DNA of 49,958 nucleotides from a virus (Duplodnaviria > Caudoviricetes). A program made the position numbers and the translations under genes. Each line of letters begins with the position of its first letter. Position 1 is the stretch's first letter. The stretch spans positions 1 to 49,958 of IMG/VR virus record IMGVR_UViG_3300025296_000021. One strand, written 5' to 3'. This document shows, one piece after another, positions 1 to 9,134 of this stretch. The notes beneath the pieces are model-generated. The model was not told where the DNA came from, made no database searches, and was given only the letters and a program-made list of their open reading frames with translations.

Positions 1-96
1 AGAGTCTATTCTGTTACCTTCTCTACAGGAACCCATTTTTCCCCAGACCACTTTTTACCATGTCTGGTTATACCCAAGTCCCAAGTCCCGTCATCC
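1..96. repeat. Terminal direct repeat, left copy (circular overlap)
   Basis: 1-96 matches 49863-49958 at 94/96 positions (differences at 75 C/T and 87 C/A). Confidence 0.95.
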
Positions 97-467
97 ATCT
101 CCCAGATTCCCGTCTGGAGAGCACCTGATGCAGATTTGACCTGTTTGACCCCATCAGACTTGAGAGAGTCAATAAACGCCTGTCTGGCGTTAGTTAGGGC
201 AACATCAACAGGTTTCGTTGTTCTGGTACCTTTGGTTTTGTACTGAGTATCAATTGACTCAGATACCTTAGCTCTGAAACTGTCAACAGCTTCGAAGTCA
301 TTCGGGTCAAGTAGACCAGAGTCGATAGCGACTCCGACCTGAAGGTCGACTGTTGTCATTTTGTCGTCGACCGACAATGCCGTTGCCTTAACAGCTCCGA
401 CCACTAAGGCAGAACAGGTTAACAGTAACTGCAGAGAATTGTTCTCTGTTAGGAATTCAATAATCAT
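6..467 (-). CDS. Hypothetical early protein (~153 aa)
   Basis: ORF 6..533. Likely start is ATG at 467, preceded by GAGG. Both variants in the duplicated end copy fall at synonymous third positions of this frame. Confidence 0.7.
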   Translation of the reverse strand: MIIEFLTENNSLQLLLTCSALVVGAVKATALSVDDKMTTVDLQVGVAIDSGLLDPNDFEAVDSFRAKVSESIDTQYKTKGTRTTKPVDVALTNARQAFIDSLKSDGVKQVKSASGALQTGIWEMDDGTWDLGITRHGKKWSGEKWVPVEKVTE

Positions 468-703
468 TGTAATTACCTCACTGATTATTTTCAATTTCTC
501 ACGGTTAGGTGAGATTGACAGACCAACTGTCAATTCTGGTTACCTCTGCCAAACTGTCAAAAAGCGTCTGCCCCATACGAGAGGGGTGATACTTAAATAT
601 AGCACCCTTGGGAGGATTAGACAAGGCTGTATCTCTCTATATTAGTGGACTTAGAGAGATATTCAATTAGAGCCCTCTCTCGGGAGCCTATCCAAGGCTC
701 GGA

Positions 704-736
704 TGGCTACCGCTTGGCTACCATTTGGCTACCATT
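704..736. repeat. Three TGGCTACC direct repeats at 11-bp period (iteron-like)
   Basis: TGGCTACC at 704, 715 and 726. Confidence 0.75.
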
Positions 737-789
737 CCTGCCAATTTGTCATAAATTTGGGCTTAATGCTTTCCAACGTAAATGGCGAC

Positions 790-896
790 GGGAGCGAAAA
801 CCCGAGCGGGGGGGTCGACGGGGGGAAGAGAGACACACACATAGTGACCCTATTTTTTTGATTTCAAGTGTACTTTTCGGTTTTTCAACCTTTTTT
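790..896. other. G-run/T-tract element, candidate genome terminus or packaging signal
   Basis: G7-TCGAC-G6 at 808-825 followed by several T-tracts, in the non-coding gap between the divergent arms. Function is inferred. Confidence 0.35.
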
Positions 897-945
897 GCTT
901 ACAAGGCCTAAATTTGCACAGAAAATCGCTTTTTTGCAAGGCCCC

Positions 946-1065
946 TATATAGTATATATATATATATAGTATATGTAGTAGATAATAGATGTTAATAGAT
1001 AATAGATAATAGTAGATAATAAATAAATAATAATAATAGATAAGTATAGATAGTAGATATAGGAA
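946..1065. repeat. C-free AT-rich low-complexity tract 1 ((TA)n, TAGAT/AATA units)
   Basis: 120 nt with no C on the + strand. A related tract lies at 41966-42028. Confidence 0.85.
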
Positions 1066-1095
1066 CGGAGCTTTTTTCCTTGTCTAGCTCTTGCC

Positions 1096-1124
1096 TTGTT
1101 TCCTATTCCACGCTTTCGTATATT
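1096..1124 (+). promoter_or_regulatory. sigma70-like promoter, probably leaderless, for the MTase gene
   Basis: TTGTTT-N17-TATATT with ATG 5 nt downstream. TATATTAGGG is shared with the promoter at 1773-1801. Confidence 0.5.
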
Positions 1125-1129
1125 AGGGC

Positions 1130-1771
1130 ATGGTAATACACGGCGATTGCTTGGAAGAGCTTGCAAGGATGGAAGAGGATTCGGTTGACTTGGTGGTCAC
1201 TGACCCTCCCTACAACATCGGTAAGGACTACGGAAACGACTCAGACCGCCAAGGTGAGGAAGAATACGTAGAGTGGCTTACCAAGGTAGGAACAGAGGTG
1301 ATGAGGGTAGCAAAGCCTACGGCTTGGGTATTGGTGTTTAACGGGGTAGATAGGATAAAAACTACGATTGAGGCGTTTGGTGAGGAAAACCACGTCTGGG
1401 TATCGTGCTGGTATGCCCCTAATAAGCGTTCTAAGAGCCTCTACGGCTACAATCTGTGGCAACCCCTTATCATGTTTCGAGGTGAGGGTAGAAAGTGGCT
1501 TAAATTGCGAGATTTCTATTCCTTCACTACCGGGCAAGAGAAGTATGGGCACCCTACTCCTAAACCTCAAAAGCTAATTGAAAAGCTAATAGTGGACTTT
1601 TCGGAAGAAGGAGACCTCGTGCTAGACCCTTTCCTAGGCTCGGGTACTACTTCGGCTGCATCTGAGTTACTTGATAGGAGACATGTGGGTATTGAGTGTA
1701 ATCAGGAATATGTAGAGATAGCTCGCTCTAGGCTTGAAATGGTCAAATCTCAAATAAAATTACCATTTTGA
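1130..1771 (+). CDS. DNA N6-adenine/N4-cytosine methyltransferase (beta class)
   Basis: GDC start, DPPY catalytic motif, HPTPKP, and VLDPFLGSGTT SAM-binding motif after the catalytic motif. Confidence 0.95.
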   Translation: MVIHGDCLEELARMEEDSVDLVVTDPPYNIGKDYGNDSDRQGEEEYVEWLTKVGTEVMRVAKPTAWVLVFNGVDRIKTTIEAFGEENHVWVSCWYAPNKRSKSLYGYNLWQPLIMFRGEGRKWLKLRDFYSFTTGQEKYGHPTPKPQKLIEKLIVDFSEEGDLVLDPFLGSGTTSAASELLDRRHVGIECNQEYVEIARSRLEMVKSQIKLPF

Positions 1772-1772
1772 C

Positions 1773-1801
1773 TTGACATAAGCGGTTTTTATGCTTATAT
1801 T
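1773..1801 (+). promoter_or_regulatory. sigma70-like promoter
   Basis: TTGACA-N17-TATATT, 11 nt before ATG 1813. Confidence 0.75.
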
Positions 1802-1812
1802 AGGGAAGTGCT

Positions 1813-2028
1813 ATGGCAAAAGAAACGATTTTAGCTAAACAACATTGTGCAAACTTTGGTAAAGGAAAGGATTCTGGGGTGTGTTCGGGCGTTATGATAG
1901 CTAGGAATGGGCAATTGTGGGTACATAAGGACTACCAAGGCAAAAAATGCTTTGTGGAGCAGGGATGCGATTATTTTAAGACAATAGTTATGCCGGGAAT
2001 ATCAAATGACAAGACGAAAAGGCGGTAG
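1813..2028 (+). CDS. Small Cys-containing hypothetical protein
   Basis: ORF directly behind the promoter, with four spaced Cys (HCANF, GVCSG, KKCF, GCDYF). Confidence 0.65.
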   Translation: MAKETILAKQHCANFGKGKDSGVCSGVMIARNGQLWVHKDYQGKKCFVEQGCDYFKTIVMPGISNDKTKRR

Positions 2029-2039
2029 ATTCATTAATA

Positions 2040-2402
2040 TTGCAGGGAGATGGTATACATATGGACAATACAAGCGACTGGAAAAGAAATCAATCGAAAT
2101 CGTCCACGAAATGCAGGGACAAAGTGCCAACAGTGGCAGTAGGGGACGCTCCGTTCGTCCGGGCTTCGACGGAGGAATCCCACACCGCGAGTAAAAGTAA
2201 CAATGCAGTAGTCATGGCTCTTATTAGACAGCGGTTAAATGAGGGGAATCGTAAGTTTGGTCGAGAAATGCCGCTTGATGGCACATATCGCCTACAGGAT
2301 GCCCTTGAAGAGGCGTTAGACCTCTCAATTTATCTGTCAGCTAAAATAATAGAGCTAAAGACCGAGGAGATGAAGTATGTCAATAGAAATCGAAAATCTT
2401 GA
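2040..2402 (+). CDS. Hypothetical protein, possibly MazG/all-alpha NTP-pyrophosphatase-like
   Basis: C-terminal GxxKFG...EEALDLSIYL pattern. Start uncertain. Confidence 0.5.
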   Translation: MQGDGIHMDNTSDWKRNQSKSSTKCRDKVPTVAVGDAPFVRASTEESHTASKSNNAVVMALIRQRLNEGNRKFGREMPLDGTYRLQDALEEALDLSIYLSAKIIELKTEEMKYVNRNRKS

Positions 2403-2634
2403 TAAGGAACCAGTAGTTGTCAAGGCGGGTAGCTTTTTCCATCTGTGGTGTTGTGATTGCAGATTAAGACACATTGTGTTCGTTGACAAGGTAGGAAGTG
2501 ACAATATTAAGCTTGGTCTTGTCCGTGACGATATAGCAACAAAGAATGCTCGAAAGCTTAATAACGTGGTAGTATATGAGAAAACAGGCAAAAAGAGGGT
2601 GAATGCGCCAAAAAAGAGCCGTAGTAGTTCCTGA
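2377..2634 (+). CDS. Small putative Zn-binding protein
   Basis: WCCDCRLRH motif; GAGGAG upstream. Confidence 0.6.
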   Translation: MSIEIENLDKEPVVVKAGSFFHLWCCDCRLRHIVFVDKVGSDNIKLGLVRDDIATKNARKLNNVVVYEKTGKKRVNAPKKSRSSS

Positions 2635-3373
2635 CCTGCATTTTCCTCTACATGACCAACCTGCGGTCAATTGTGCACTAAAGGCGATTCGTCTTGTAAA
2701 GCCGGACGTGTTTATTTGCCTTGGGGACATAGGAGAGTGGGAAACAGTCTCTTCGTGGAAATACAAACGAAGAAAGCGTCCACCCTTGGAGTATATGCTT
2801 CCTGAAGTGGATGAAGAGATAAAATCGGTTAACAAAGGGCTTGACCAGTTTGATAAGGTATTGGATGCGATAAAGTGCGAAGAACGACATATGATAGAGG
2901 GAAACCACGACGACTGGTTAAATCAGTTCGTTTTGGAGCATCCCTACCTCAAAGACAGGTATTCCTTTCAAAATGCGGTGCAATTGAAGGAAAGGGGGTA
3001 TAAGTACCATCCTTATGGAAAATACCTTCGCATTGGGAAATTGTACTTTTATCACGGTGGGCACTATTCTACTGGGTACCATACTAAGCAACACGCTCTT
3101 AATCTTGGCAAGAACGTAGTATATGCCCATATGCACGATGTTCAGCGTCATAGTGTTACTCACGTTGATGGAACACATGCAGCCTTTAGCCTTGGTTGCC
3201 TGAAAGAGATGTCGAGCGAGTCAAACTTGTGGATGAAGGGAAGGCGTAATAATTGGAGTCATGCCATTGGAGTCGTTGATTGGAACACCAGTGGAGACTT
3301 TAGGCTTGATGTGGTGGACATTACAAAGGGAAAAACTTTTTTGTGGGGGAAGGAACTAGATGGAAGAACTTAA
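2603..3373 (+). CDS. Calcineurin-like metallophosphoesterase
   Basis: DLH, GD, GNHD, HG and HMH motifs in canonical order. Confidence 0.9.
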   Translation: MRQKRAVVVPDLHFPLHDQPAVNCALKAIRLVKPDVFICLGDIGEWETVSSWKYKRRKRPPLEYMLPEVDEEIKSVNKGLDQFDKVLDAIKCEERHMIEGNHDDWLNQFVLEHPYLKDRYSFQNAVQLKERGYKYHPYGKYLRIGKLYFYHGGHYSTGYHTKQHALNLGKNVVYAHMHDVQRHSVTHVDGTHAAFSLGCLKEMSSESNLWMKGRRNNWSHAIGVVDWNTSGDFRLDVVDITKGKTFLWGKELDGRT

Positions 3374-3545
3374 TCTTGGCGATACAATAGCACTATTAAA
3401 GGTATTCAAGTGGCAGCATGATGCAACCAAGGAGCTTGAGGCTGAAGCTGCCAAGGAAGTGCGGTCAGAATTGATGAAGAGCATTCTAGAAACCATTGAT
3501 TTGCTAGAGGTTCCACAATTAGTACCAGATTTACATGAGCATTAA
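3360..3545 (+). CDS. Hypothetical protein
   Basis: ORF with an AGGA SD, in operon context. Confidence 0.55.
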   Translation: MEELNLGDTIALLKVFKWQHDATKELEAEAAKEVRSELMKSILETIDLLEVPQLVPDLHEH

Positions 3546-3616
3546 AACAAGCATATGTCTTAGGAAGGGATGGAGAAAGGTGATAAAGTAATGAATGGTC
3601 GGGATAGGGGCTTTGC

Positions 3617-4381
3617 TTGTACTCTCGCAAGATAAAGAATAAACAACATTTCGTATATGATGACGAAAAAGAGTTTAGACTGCAATCAAGTGAGAGTTTA
3701 ATTGACGACTGGCGAAATGCCAACACGAAGGAATGGACGAAGAGTGACGATGGAAAGGTTCTACAGGTGCTTAAGAGGGGTGTATTTACTAATCATTCAG
3801 GCCAGAAGGTCGAATATGTAAGAACGCTTCTCGGAACGTACACAGTCCGAAAGAAGGATAGGATGGCGGGAGACCCGCCTAAGAACATTTATTCCTTCTC
3901 TCGTGATAAGACTTCTTACGATATACAGACCTCAAAGCGGAAAGCGACCTCTGGGGAGGTTCTTTTTGCACAATATGTCGTAAGGGGGGTTGAACCGACG
4001 GAAGCCTATATTAAGGCTTTTCCAACAAACAAGAGGAGATGGGCGCAATCAGCGTCCCAGTCCTTGTTAAGGCAGGAGAGGATAGTAAATTTGATTTCAA
4101 AAGAAGTAAAGAATGCACTGGAGGAGGTAGGGATTCACCATGAGGATATACTTGCAAAGGTATGGAGCATTGCTAACGATGATGACCAGACTTCCAGTTC
4201 AAGAGTTAGGTGTCTTGAGTTGCTTGCTAAGATTTCTGATATGATGCCCAACTCGGAAAAGCGGTCAGAATCTTTGACTGTCTTTCAGGGCTTCACCCCT
4301 GAGCAGCTCGCTTCTCTGTCTTCTGGAGATACGCAAATGATAGGACAAATGGAGGAACCCATTGAAGAGGGTGGAGACTGA
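3617..4381 (+). CDS. terS: Putative terminase small subunit
   Basis: HTH-like segment (FAQYVVRG...EAYIKAFP), helical oligomerisation-like region, position upstream of TerL. Confidence 0.55.
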   Translation: MYSRKIKNKQHFVYDDEKEFRLQSSESLIDDWRNANTKEWTKSDDGKVLQVLKRGVFTNHSGQKVEYVRTLLGTYTVRKKDRMAGDPPKNIYSFSRDKTSYDIQTSKRKATSGEVLFAQYVVRGVEPTEAYIKAFPTNKRRWAQSASQSLLRQERIVNLISKEVKNALEEVGIHHEDILAKVWSIANDDDQTSSSRVRCLELLAKISDMMPNSEKRSESLTVFQGFTPEQLASLSSGDTQMIGQMEEPIEEGGD

Positions 4382-4598
4382 ATATATCATTAAGGAACTT
4401 AGCTTTTCTGCGCCTGACTATGATACTGTTTGTCATGCATGCGATTGCTCGGTAAATGTTAATTTTGATATTGCAGTTGATGATTCCTTTGGGGAGTTCT
4501 ATGGATGGAATTGTCCCTTTTGTAATACTCTTTATAACTGGAGAAACGAAATAGTAGAGCTTGGAGATTTTGGAGAGGTTGAACGAGGAGAAGCATAA
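4362..4598 (+). CDS. Zn-ribbon hypothetical protein
   Basis: CHAC...CPFC. True start may be GTG at ~4371. Confidence 0.5.
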   Translation: MKRVETEYIIKELSFSAPDYDTVCHACDCSVNVNFDIAVDDSFGEFYGWNCPFCNTLYNWRNEIVELGDFGEVERGEA

Positions 4599-6198
4599 AG
4601 AGACGCCAATAGAAGATTTTGAGAGTATCACCTTGTCGCAAAAGGGTGATATACTCCAGAAGGCTTATGATGACCTTCTTTTCTTTGGTAGGGCATTTCT
4701 TCCGGGGGATTTCCTTAGAAAGAGTGAGTCTCCCACTTTTCACTATGATATAGGGCAAAAGCTTACTACTACTAAGCCCGGTGCTAGAATTTGTAATATA
4801 TTGCCACGCGGATTTGGCAAGTCGGTTTTAGCAAAAGCTGCCATCCTTCATAAGATTTGCTTTGCCCCCAAGGGAGAGCGTCAATTCATTGCTTGGGTAG
4901 CTGAAGAGCAGGGTCAAGCCATTGACCATCTTAAGTACGTTAAGACACATCTTGAGGCGAATAAGTATATTCATTACTATTTTGGTAATCTTGCCGGAGA
5001 TTCAGTTGGTAATCGATGGACTGAGAAAGATATTGTTACGGCAAAGGGTGACAGGTTAATAGCAAAGGGGACTACACAGCGTCTTCGTGGTCGTGCAGAG
5101 ATTGATAGGCGTTATACTGGAGTGGTGCTTGACGACTTTGAGTCCGAGTTAAATACTAAGACCCCGGAAAGACGTTCCGAAATTAAGAAGTGGATTGTAT
5201 CTACAGTCTATCCAGCTCTGGAAGAGACACCCGGCAATGAGGGATGGATATGGTTACTGGGGACAATAGTTCATTACGACTCATTTCTTCAGAATGTGCT
5301 TGATGGCTTTAACGAGGCGAAGGAGGCAGGAAGGTTACATTCTTGGGATGTTACGTTCTATCGTGCTATACAGGACGGAAAGTCCATATGGAACACTCAA
5401 TTCTCCATTGAAAAGCTTGAAGCGAAGCGAAAGGAGTTTACTGAGGCTGGCCTTGTTAATAAGTTTTCTCAGGAGTATCTTAACGATGCTAGAGATATAA
5501 CTAATGCTGCATTTAAGATTGACAGGGTACAGTACTATACAGGACATTTTGAGAGTAAGGATGGATTTGCCTATCTTGTCACAAGGGATGACGCTATTCC
5601 AATCAATGTCTATGTTGGAGTGGACGTTGCCCATACTGCAACTTCTTCCTCTGACTATCAAGTAATACTTGTTCTTGGGATTGATGCGGATAAGAACAGA
5701 TATGTGATTGAGTATTTTCGTGAGAGGATTCCCACTTTTGATATTCCTGAAAAGATTATAGACATTGCGAAGAAGTATCAGCCGCTTCGCAGGGTCACCA
5801 TTGAGACTGTTGCAGCTCAGGAGATGGTGAGAGACATGGCTGACAGGCTTTCGGTTAAGGAGAGACGCCTTGCGCCCGGACTGTTTAAGGGCATTAAGCC
5901 ACCTAGGGGAATTAAGAAAGAAGATAGGCTTGAGACAGCATTGGGGCCGATAGTTAACAGTAAGAAATTATTTATTCAGCGTGAGATGACAGAGATTGTT
6001 GATGAGCTTTTTGAGCATCCAAAATCTAAGAATGACGATATTCTAGATGCTATGTACTATGCGAATTACTTCGCTTGGCAGAGGCCTCCCAAGAGTGGAC
6101 GGCTTACATTGGATGCTTTTCATAACGTCAATAATACACAAAAGAGCAGAAACTCTGCAAAAAAGGCATATAATTGGATTACCGGCTCAAGAATTTGA
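4561..6198 (+). CDS. terL: Terminase large subunit
   Basis: Walker A PRGFGKS, Walker B VVLDDFE, GT coupling motif, RNase H-like GVDVA and NDDILDA. Confidence 0.95.
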   Translation: MEILERLNEEKHKETPIEDFESITLSQKGDILQKAYDDLLFFGRAFLPGDFLRKSESPTFHYDIGQKLTTTKPGARICNILPRGFGKSVLAKAAILHKICFAPKGERQFIAWVAEEQGQAIDHLKYVKTHLEANKYIHYYFGNLAGDSVGNRWTEKDIVTAKGDRLIAKGTTQRLRGRAEIDRRYTGVVLDDFESELNTKTPERRSEIKKWIVSTVYPALEETPGNEGWIWLLGTIVHYDSFLQNVLDGFNEAKEAGRLHSWDVTFYRAIQDGKSIWNTQFSIEKLEAKRKEFTEAGLVNKFSQEYLNDARDITNAAFKIDRVQYYTGHFESKDGFAYLVTRDDAIPINVYVGVDVAHTATSSSDYQVILVLGIDADKNRYVIEYFRERIPTFDIPEKIIDIAKKYQPLRRVTIETVAAQEMVRDMADRLSVKERRLAPGLFKGIKPPRGIKKEDRLETALGPIVNSKKLFIQREMTEIVDELFEHPKSKNDDILDAMYYANYFAWQRPPKSGRLTLDAFHNVNNTQKSRNSAKKAYNWITGSRI

Positions 6199-6207
6199 GC
6201 AAAAGAC

Positions 6208-6236
6208 TTGACAAAATGGCATTTTTGACTTATATT
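6208..6236 (+). promoter_or_regulatory. sigma70-like promoter of the head operon (near-leaderless)
   Basis: TTGACA-N17-TATATT, then 8 nt to the portal ATG with no SD. Confidence 0.75.
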
Positions 6237-6244
6237 ATATATAC

Positions 6245-8254
6245 ATGGCATTAGAAACCGATTCCAAAGCTGAAATGAATCAACACATGTTTCGCCGCTG
6301 GCGAGATGCGCGTGCTGATTGGGATGTGCAAGCCCGTGAGGATTTGGACTTTTTTCTTGGTAATCACTTTACAAAGGAAGAGTCAGATGAGTTGTCTTCT
6401 CGCAATCAGGCAGATGTTCCGATGGATAGGATTTCTCCTGCGATAGATAAACTTAAAAGCGTACTCACAGCCAAGCCTCCTGTCTTCACAGTACTTCCTA
6501 GAGAAGATTCTGATGCCAAGGTCTCTTCCGTATGGCGAACCATCCTTGGTTATGTCTGGGATATTTCCGATGGAGATACTCAGATGAAACAAGCCATCAC
6601 GGACTATGCTGTTACAGGACTTGGCTACTTGTACGCCTATATTGACCAAGAATCAGATTTTGGTAGAGGTGACGTCAAGTTTACTTATGTCAACCCGTTT
6701 CGTGTTTACGTTCCACCTGACTGCAGGGATAGGTGGTTTACTGATGCCGAGGGCATCATTCTTTCTACTATACTGACAGGTGAGCAGGTCGTTAACCTCT
6801 ACCCGCAATTGGGAGACCAGATAGATGCTGAGACCGGAGAGGTAATTCCGGGAATGATTAATGATATTGAATCTTATATAGAAGAGGATTTTCCTGCAGC
6901 TCAGAATGCTAATTCGATGCGTGTGTTTACACCATATGAGGCAAAAGATAAGGATTTTGGCGTTCAGAAGTATCAGATTCTTGAAAGGTTCTATCCGACA
7001 AAGATTCCGTTCTTTCGCGTGGTGGATTCCAAGACAGCACAGGAGACAGTTTTGGATGAAGAAGCATTTACGACTCTTATTGAGGACAATCCCGGTGCTA
7101 TTGAGCGGGGATTATTGGAGTTTGAGGAGATTCTTCAGACTCGTATAGCGGTGAGTGCTTGTATTGGCGGTACGATGCTTTACGAGGCCGTTCTTAATAC
7201 AGACGCTTATCCAATTATTCCTCTTCCCAATATTTATACTGGCACTCCTTATCCAAAGTCAGATATTTCTCGTTCTAAGCCGATGCAAAAATTACTTAAT
7301 AGGCTCTGGTCACTTGCTTTGAGCCATGCTCAGGCTTCTGCAGGATTAAAGTTGATTGTCCCTATTGGCTCTGTTGATAATATGGAAGACCTTGAAAGGG
7401 ATTGGGCAAATCCCAATGCTGTTATTGAGGTCGATACGAGTCAGGGTGAGCCTCATTATCCTGCTCCACAGCCGTTGGCTTCTGAGTTTTATAGGCTTAT
7501 ACAGCAGGCTGAGTTTTATATAGATTTTATTTTTGGCGTTCCTGAGATGATGCATGGATTTCCGGGGAAATCACCAGAGACCGCTAAGGGTACGGAGCGT
7601 ATGGTTGCGCTAGGAAGCGATAGGCCGAAGTCCAAACTCAGGGATATTGAGTTTAGCATCAATCGCCTTGGAAGAGTACTGTATTGCTTTGCTAAGGGAC
7701 ATTATACATTTCCGAAAATGTTTACCCTTTCTCAGGCTAATAATGACCTTACTGATGTTATGGTCAATATGTATGATGATGTTAGTGGAGCTGTAAATGA
7801 TATTCAAAGGGATAGACTAAATATAGGACAGCATGACATAAGAATACAGCCCGGTTCGACTTTGCCTGAGAGCAAATGGGCTATCTATGGGGTTTACCTT
7901 GAAGCATTTCAGCTTGGTTTAGTTGACAGAAGAGAGGTGCTTAAGAAAAATCCTGAGATATTCGACAAGGAAGGGGTATTACAAAGAATGGACGAAGTAG
8001 CACAGTTAAAACAATATGTTGGCCAATTAGAAGAAAAAATTAAGAATCTTTCTGGAGACCTGCAGACAGCAACTCGTGAGTCGATTTCAAGTCGTAAGCA
8101 GACTGCTGTTGAAAAGACAAAACGCAATCTCGCTGAGATTGAGGCTATGATGCAGGCGGACAGGAAAGTTAAGGCAGCCAAGCTTGACGCTGCCGTAAAG
8201 ATTGGGGAGCGTGAATTAAAAAACATTGTCTCCTCAGAAAAAGGTCAGGCGTGA
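6245..8254 (+). CDS. Portal protein (P22-like, with C-terminal coiled-coil barrel)
   Basis: 669 aa directly after TerL. N-terminal W...AREDLDFFLGNHF and GLGY motifs; long C-terminal helix. Confidence 0.85.
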   Translation: MALETDSKAEMNQHMFRRWRDARADWDVQAREDLDFFLGNHFTKEESDELSSRNQADVPMDRISPAIDKLKSVLTAKPPVFTVLPREDSDAKVSSVWRTILGYVWDISDGDTQMKQAITDYAVTGLGYLYAYIDQESDFGRGDVKFTYVNPFRVYVPPDCRDRWFTDAEGIILSTILTGEQVVNLYPQLGDQIDAETGEVIPGMINDIESYIEEDFPAAQNANSMRVFTPYEAKDKDFGVQKYQILERFYPTKIPFFRVVDSKTAQETVLDEEAFTTLIEDNPGAIERGLLEFEEILQTRIAVSACIGGTMLYEAVLNTDAYPIIPLPNIYTGTPYPKSDISRSKPMQKLLNRLWSLALSHAQASAGLKLIVPIGSVDNMEDLERDWANPNAVIEVDTSQGEPHYPAPQPLASEFYRLIQQAEFYIDFIFGVPEMMHGFPGKSPETAKGTERMVALGSDRPKSKLRDIEFSINRLGRVLYCFAKGHYTFPKMFTLSQANNDLTDVMVNMYDDVSGAVNDIQRDRLNIGQHDIRIQPGSTLPESKWAIYGVYLEAFQLGLVDRREVLKKNPEIFDKEGVLQRMDEVAQLKQYVGQLEEKIKNLSGDLQTATRESISSRKQTAVEKTKRNLAEIEAMMQADRKVKAAKLDAAVKIGERELKNIVSSEKGQA

Positions 8255-8259
8255 ACATA

Positions 8260-8316
8260 GGTGAAGTTCCGACTTGGAGATTTGATAAAAGTCTAGCCAT
8301 AAAGTTCGGAAACATC
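8260..8316 (+). promoter_or_regulatory. Stem-loop in the scaffold gene leader
   Basis: TTCCGACTT/AAGTTCGGAA and inner AGATTT/AAGTCT helices, ending just before SD AAGGAG (8318). Confidence 0.5.
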
Positions 8317-8330
8317 GAAGGAGATACGAC

Positions 8331-9122
8331 ATGACAGCAAGCACAGAAGATAGAGTGGTTGAAGAATCATCCGACCCGTTTGTGGACGCCGTTGATAGCA
8401 TGGGGGAGGACTCTGACATTGTTGAAGATATGGCAGGGGCCTATGCAGAGGATGCGGTTGGGGACGAGCCTTTAGGAGAGGACTGGGAAACAGAAGCAAA
8501 GAAGTTTCAATCAATGAAGGACAAGGCAGAGGCCAAGCTTCAGGATTGGGAACGATATGCTCCCTTAGTCAGCCTACTAGAGAGCCGTCCAGATTTAGTT
8601 GGTTTAATCCAGAATAATCTTAATCCAGAAATGGCTCCTGCGAATGGTGCTCAAGCGAGTAACCCGCAGGAAGAGTTCAGTGAAGAAGAGTTCAACCCTT
8701 GGGACGCTTTTTTTCGTCCAGACTCCGAGTCCTATCGCCATCGCGAGGCAATAGAACAGAATAGAGTAGATGAAACAATGCAGCGTCATTTTGGTGCATT
8801 ACAAGAGCAAGTATTTATGAATAACTTGGTAGGTGAACTTAAAGGCACTTACAATATGTCTGAGGAAGAAGCTACGAAATTTATTGATTTCTATGCCCAA
8901 CCCAAAGACCAGTTGTCTGTAGATACTTTAGTTGATGTGTTTCAGCGAAACAATAAGAAGGAAGGGTCGAAGCCTTCTTCTTCGTTGGACGCAGTGAGAG
9001 CGTCCAAGTCAGCCCCTAGGACAGCAGGTGCAGTCAGCAGCTCAGGTTCCATTCCACGGAACGAGACTGACAAGGTATTTGATAATATCGTAGCGGCAGA
9101 CAATAAAGGACGTGTTTTTTAA
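8331..9122 (+). CDS. Putative scaffolding protein
   Basis: Acidic disordered N-terminus, KKFQSMKDK coiled coil, position between portal and capsid. Confidence 0.7.
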   Translation: MTASTEDRVVEESSDPFVDAVDSMGEDSDIVEDMAGAYAEDAVGDEPLGEDWETEAKKFQSMKDKAEAKLQDWERYAPLVSLLESRPDLVGLIQNNLNPEMAPANGAQASNPQEEFSEEEFNPWDAFFRPDSESYRHREAIEQNRVDETMQRHFGALQEQVFMNNLVGELKGTYNMSEEEATKFIDFYAQPKDQLSVDTLVDVFQRNNKKEGSKPSSSLDAVRASKSAPRTAGAVSSSGSIPRNETDKVFDNIVAADNKGRVF

Positions 9123-9134
9123 GGGGAATATAAA

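Noticed and set aside
515-560. TTGACA-N7-TGTCAA inverted repeat and a third TGTCAA as early promoters
   Set aside because: No convincing -10 element at 16-18 bp. May be an operator, but I cannot support a call.
361-911. Plus-strand ORFs 361..645 and 645..911
   Set aside because: No SD or protein-like features. They overlap the minus-strand gene and the repeat-rich control region.
945-1166. Minus-strand ORF with an Ile/Tyr-rich hydrophobic tail
   Set aside because: Translation artefact of the C-free AT tract.
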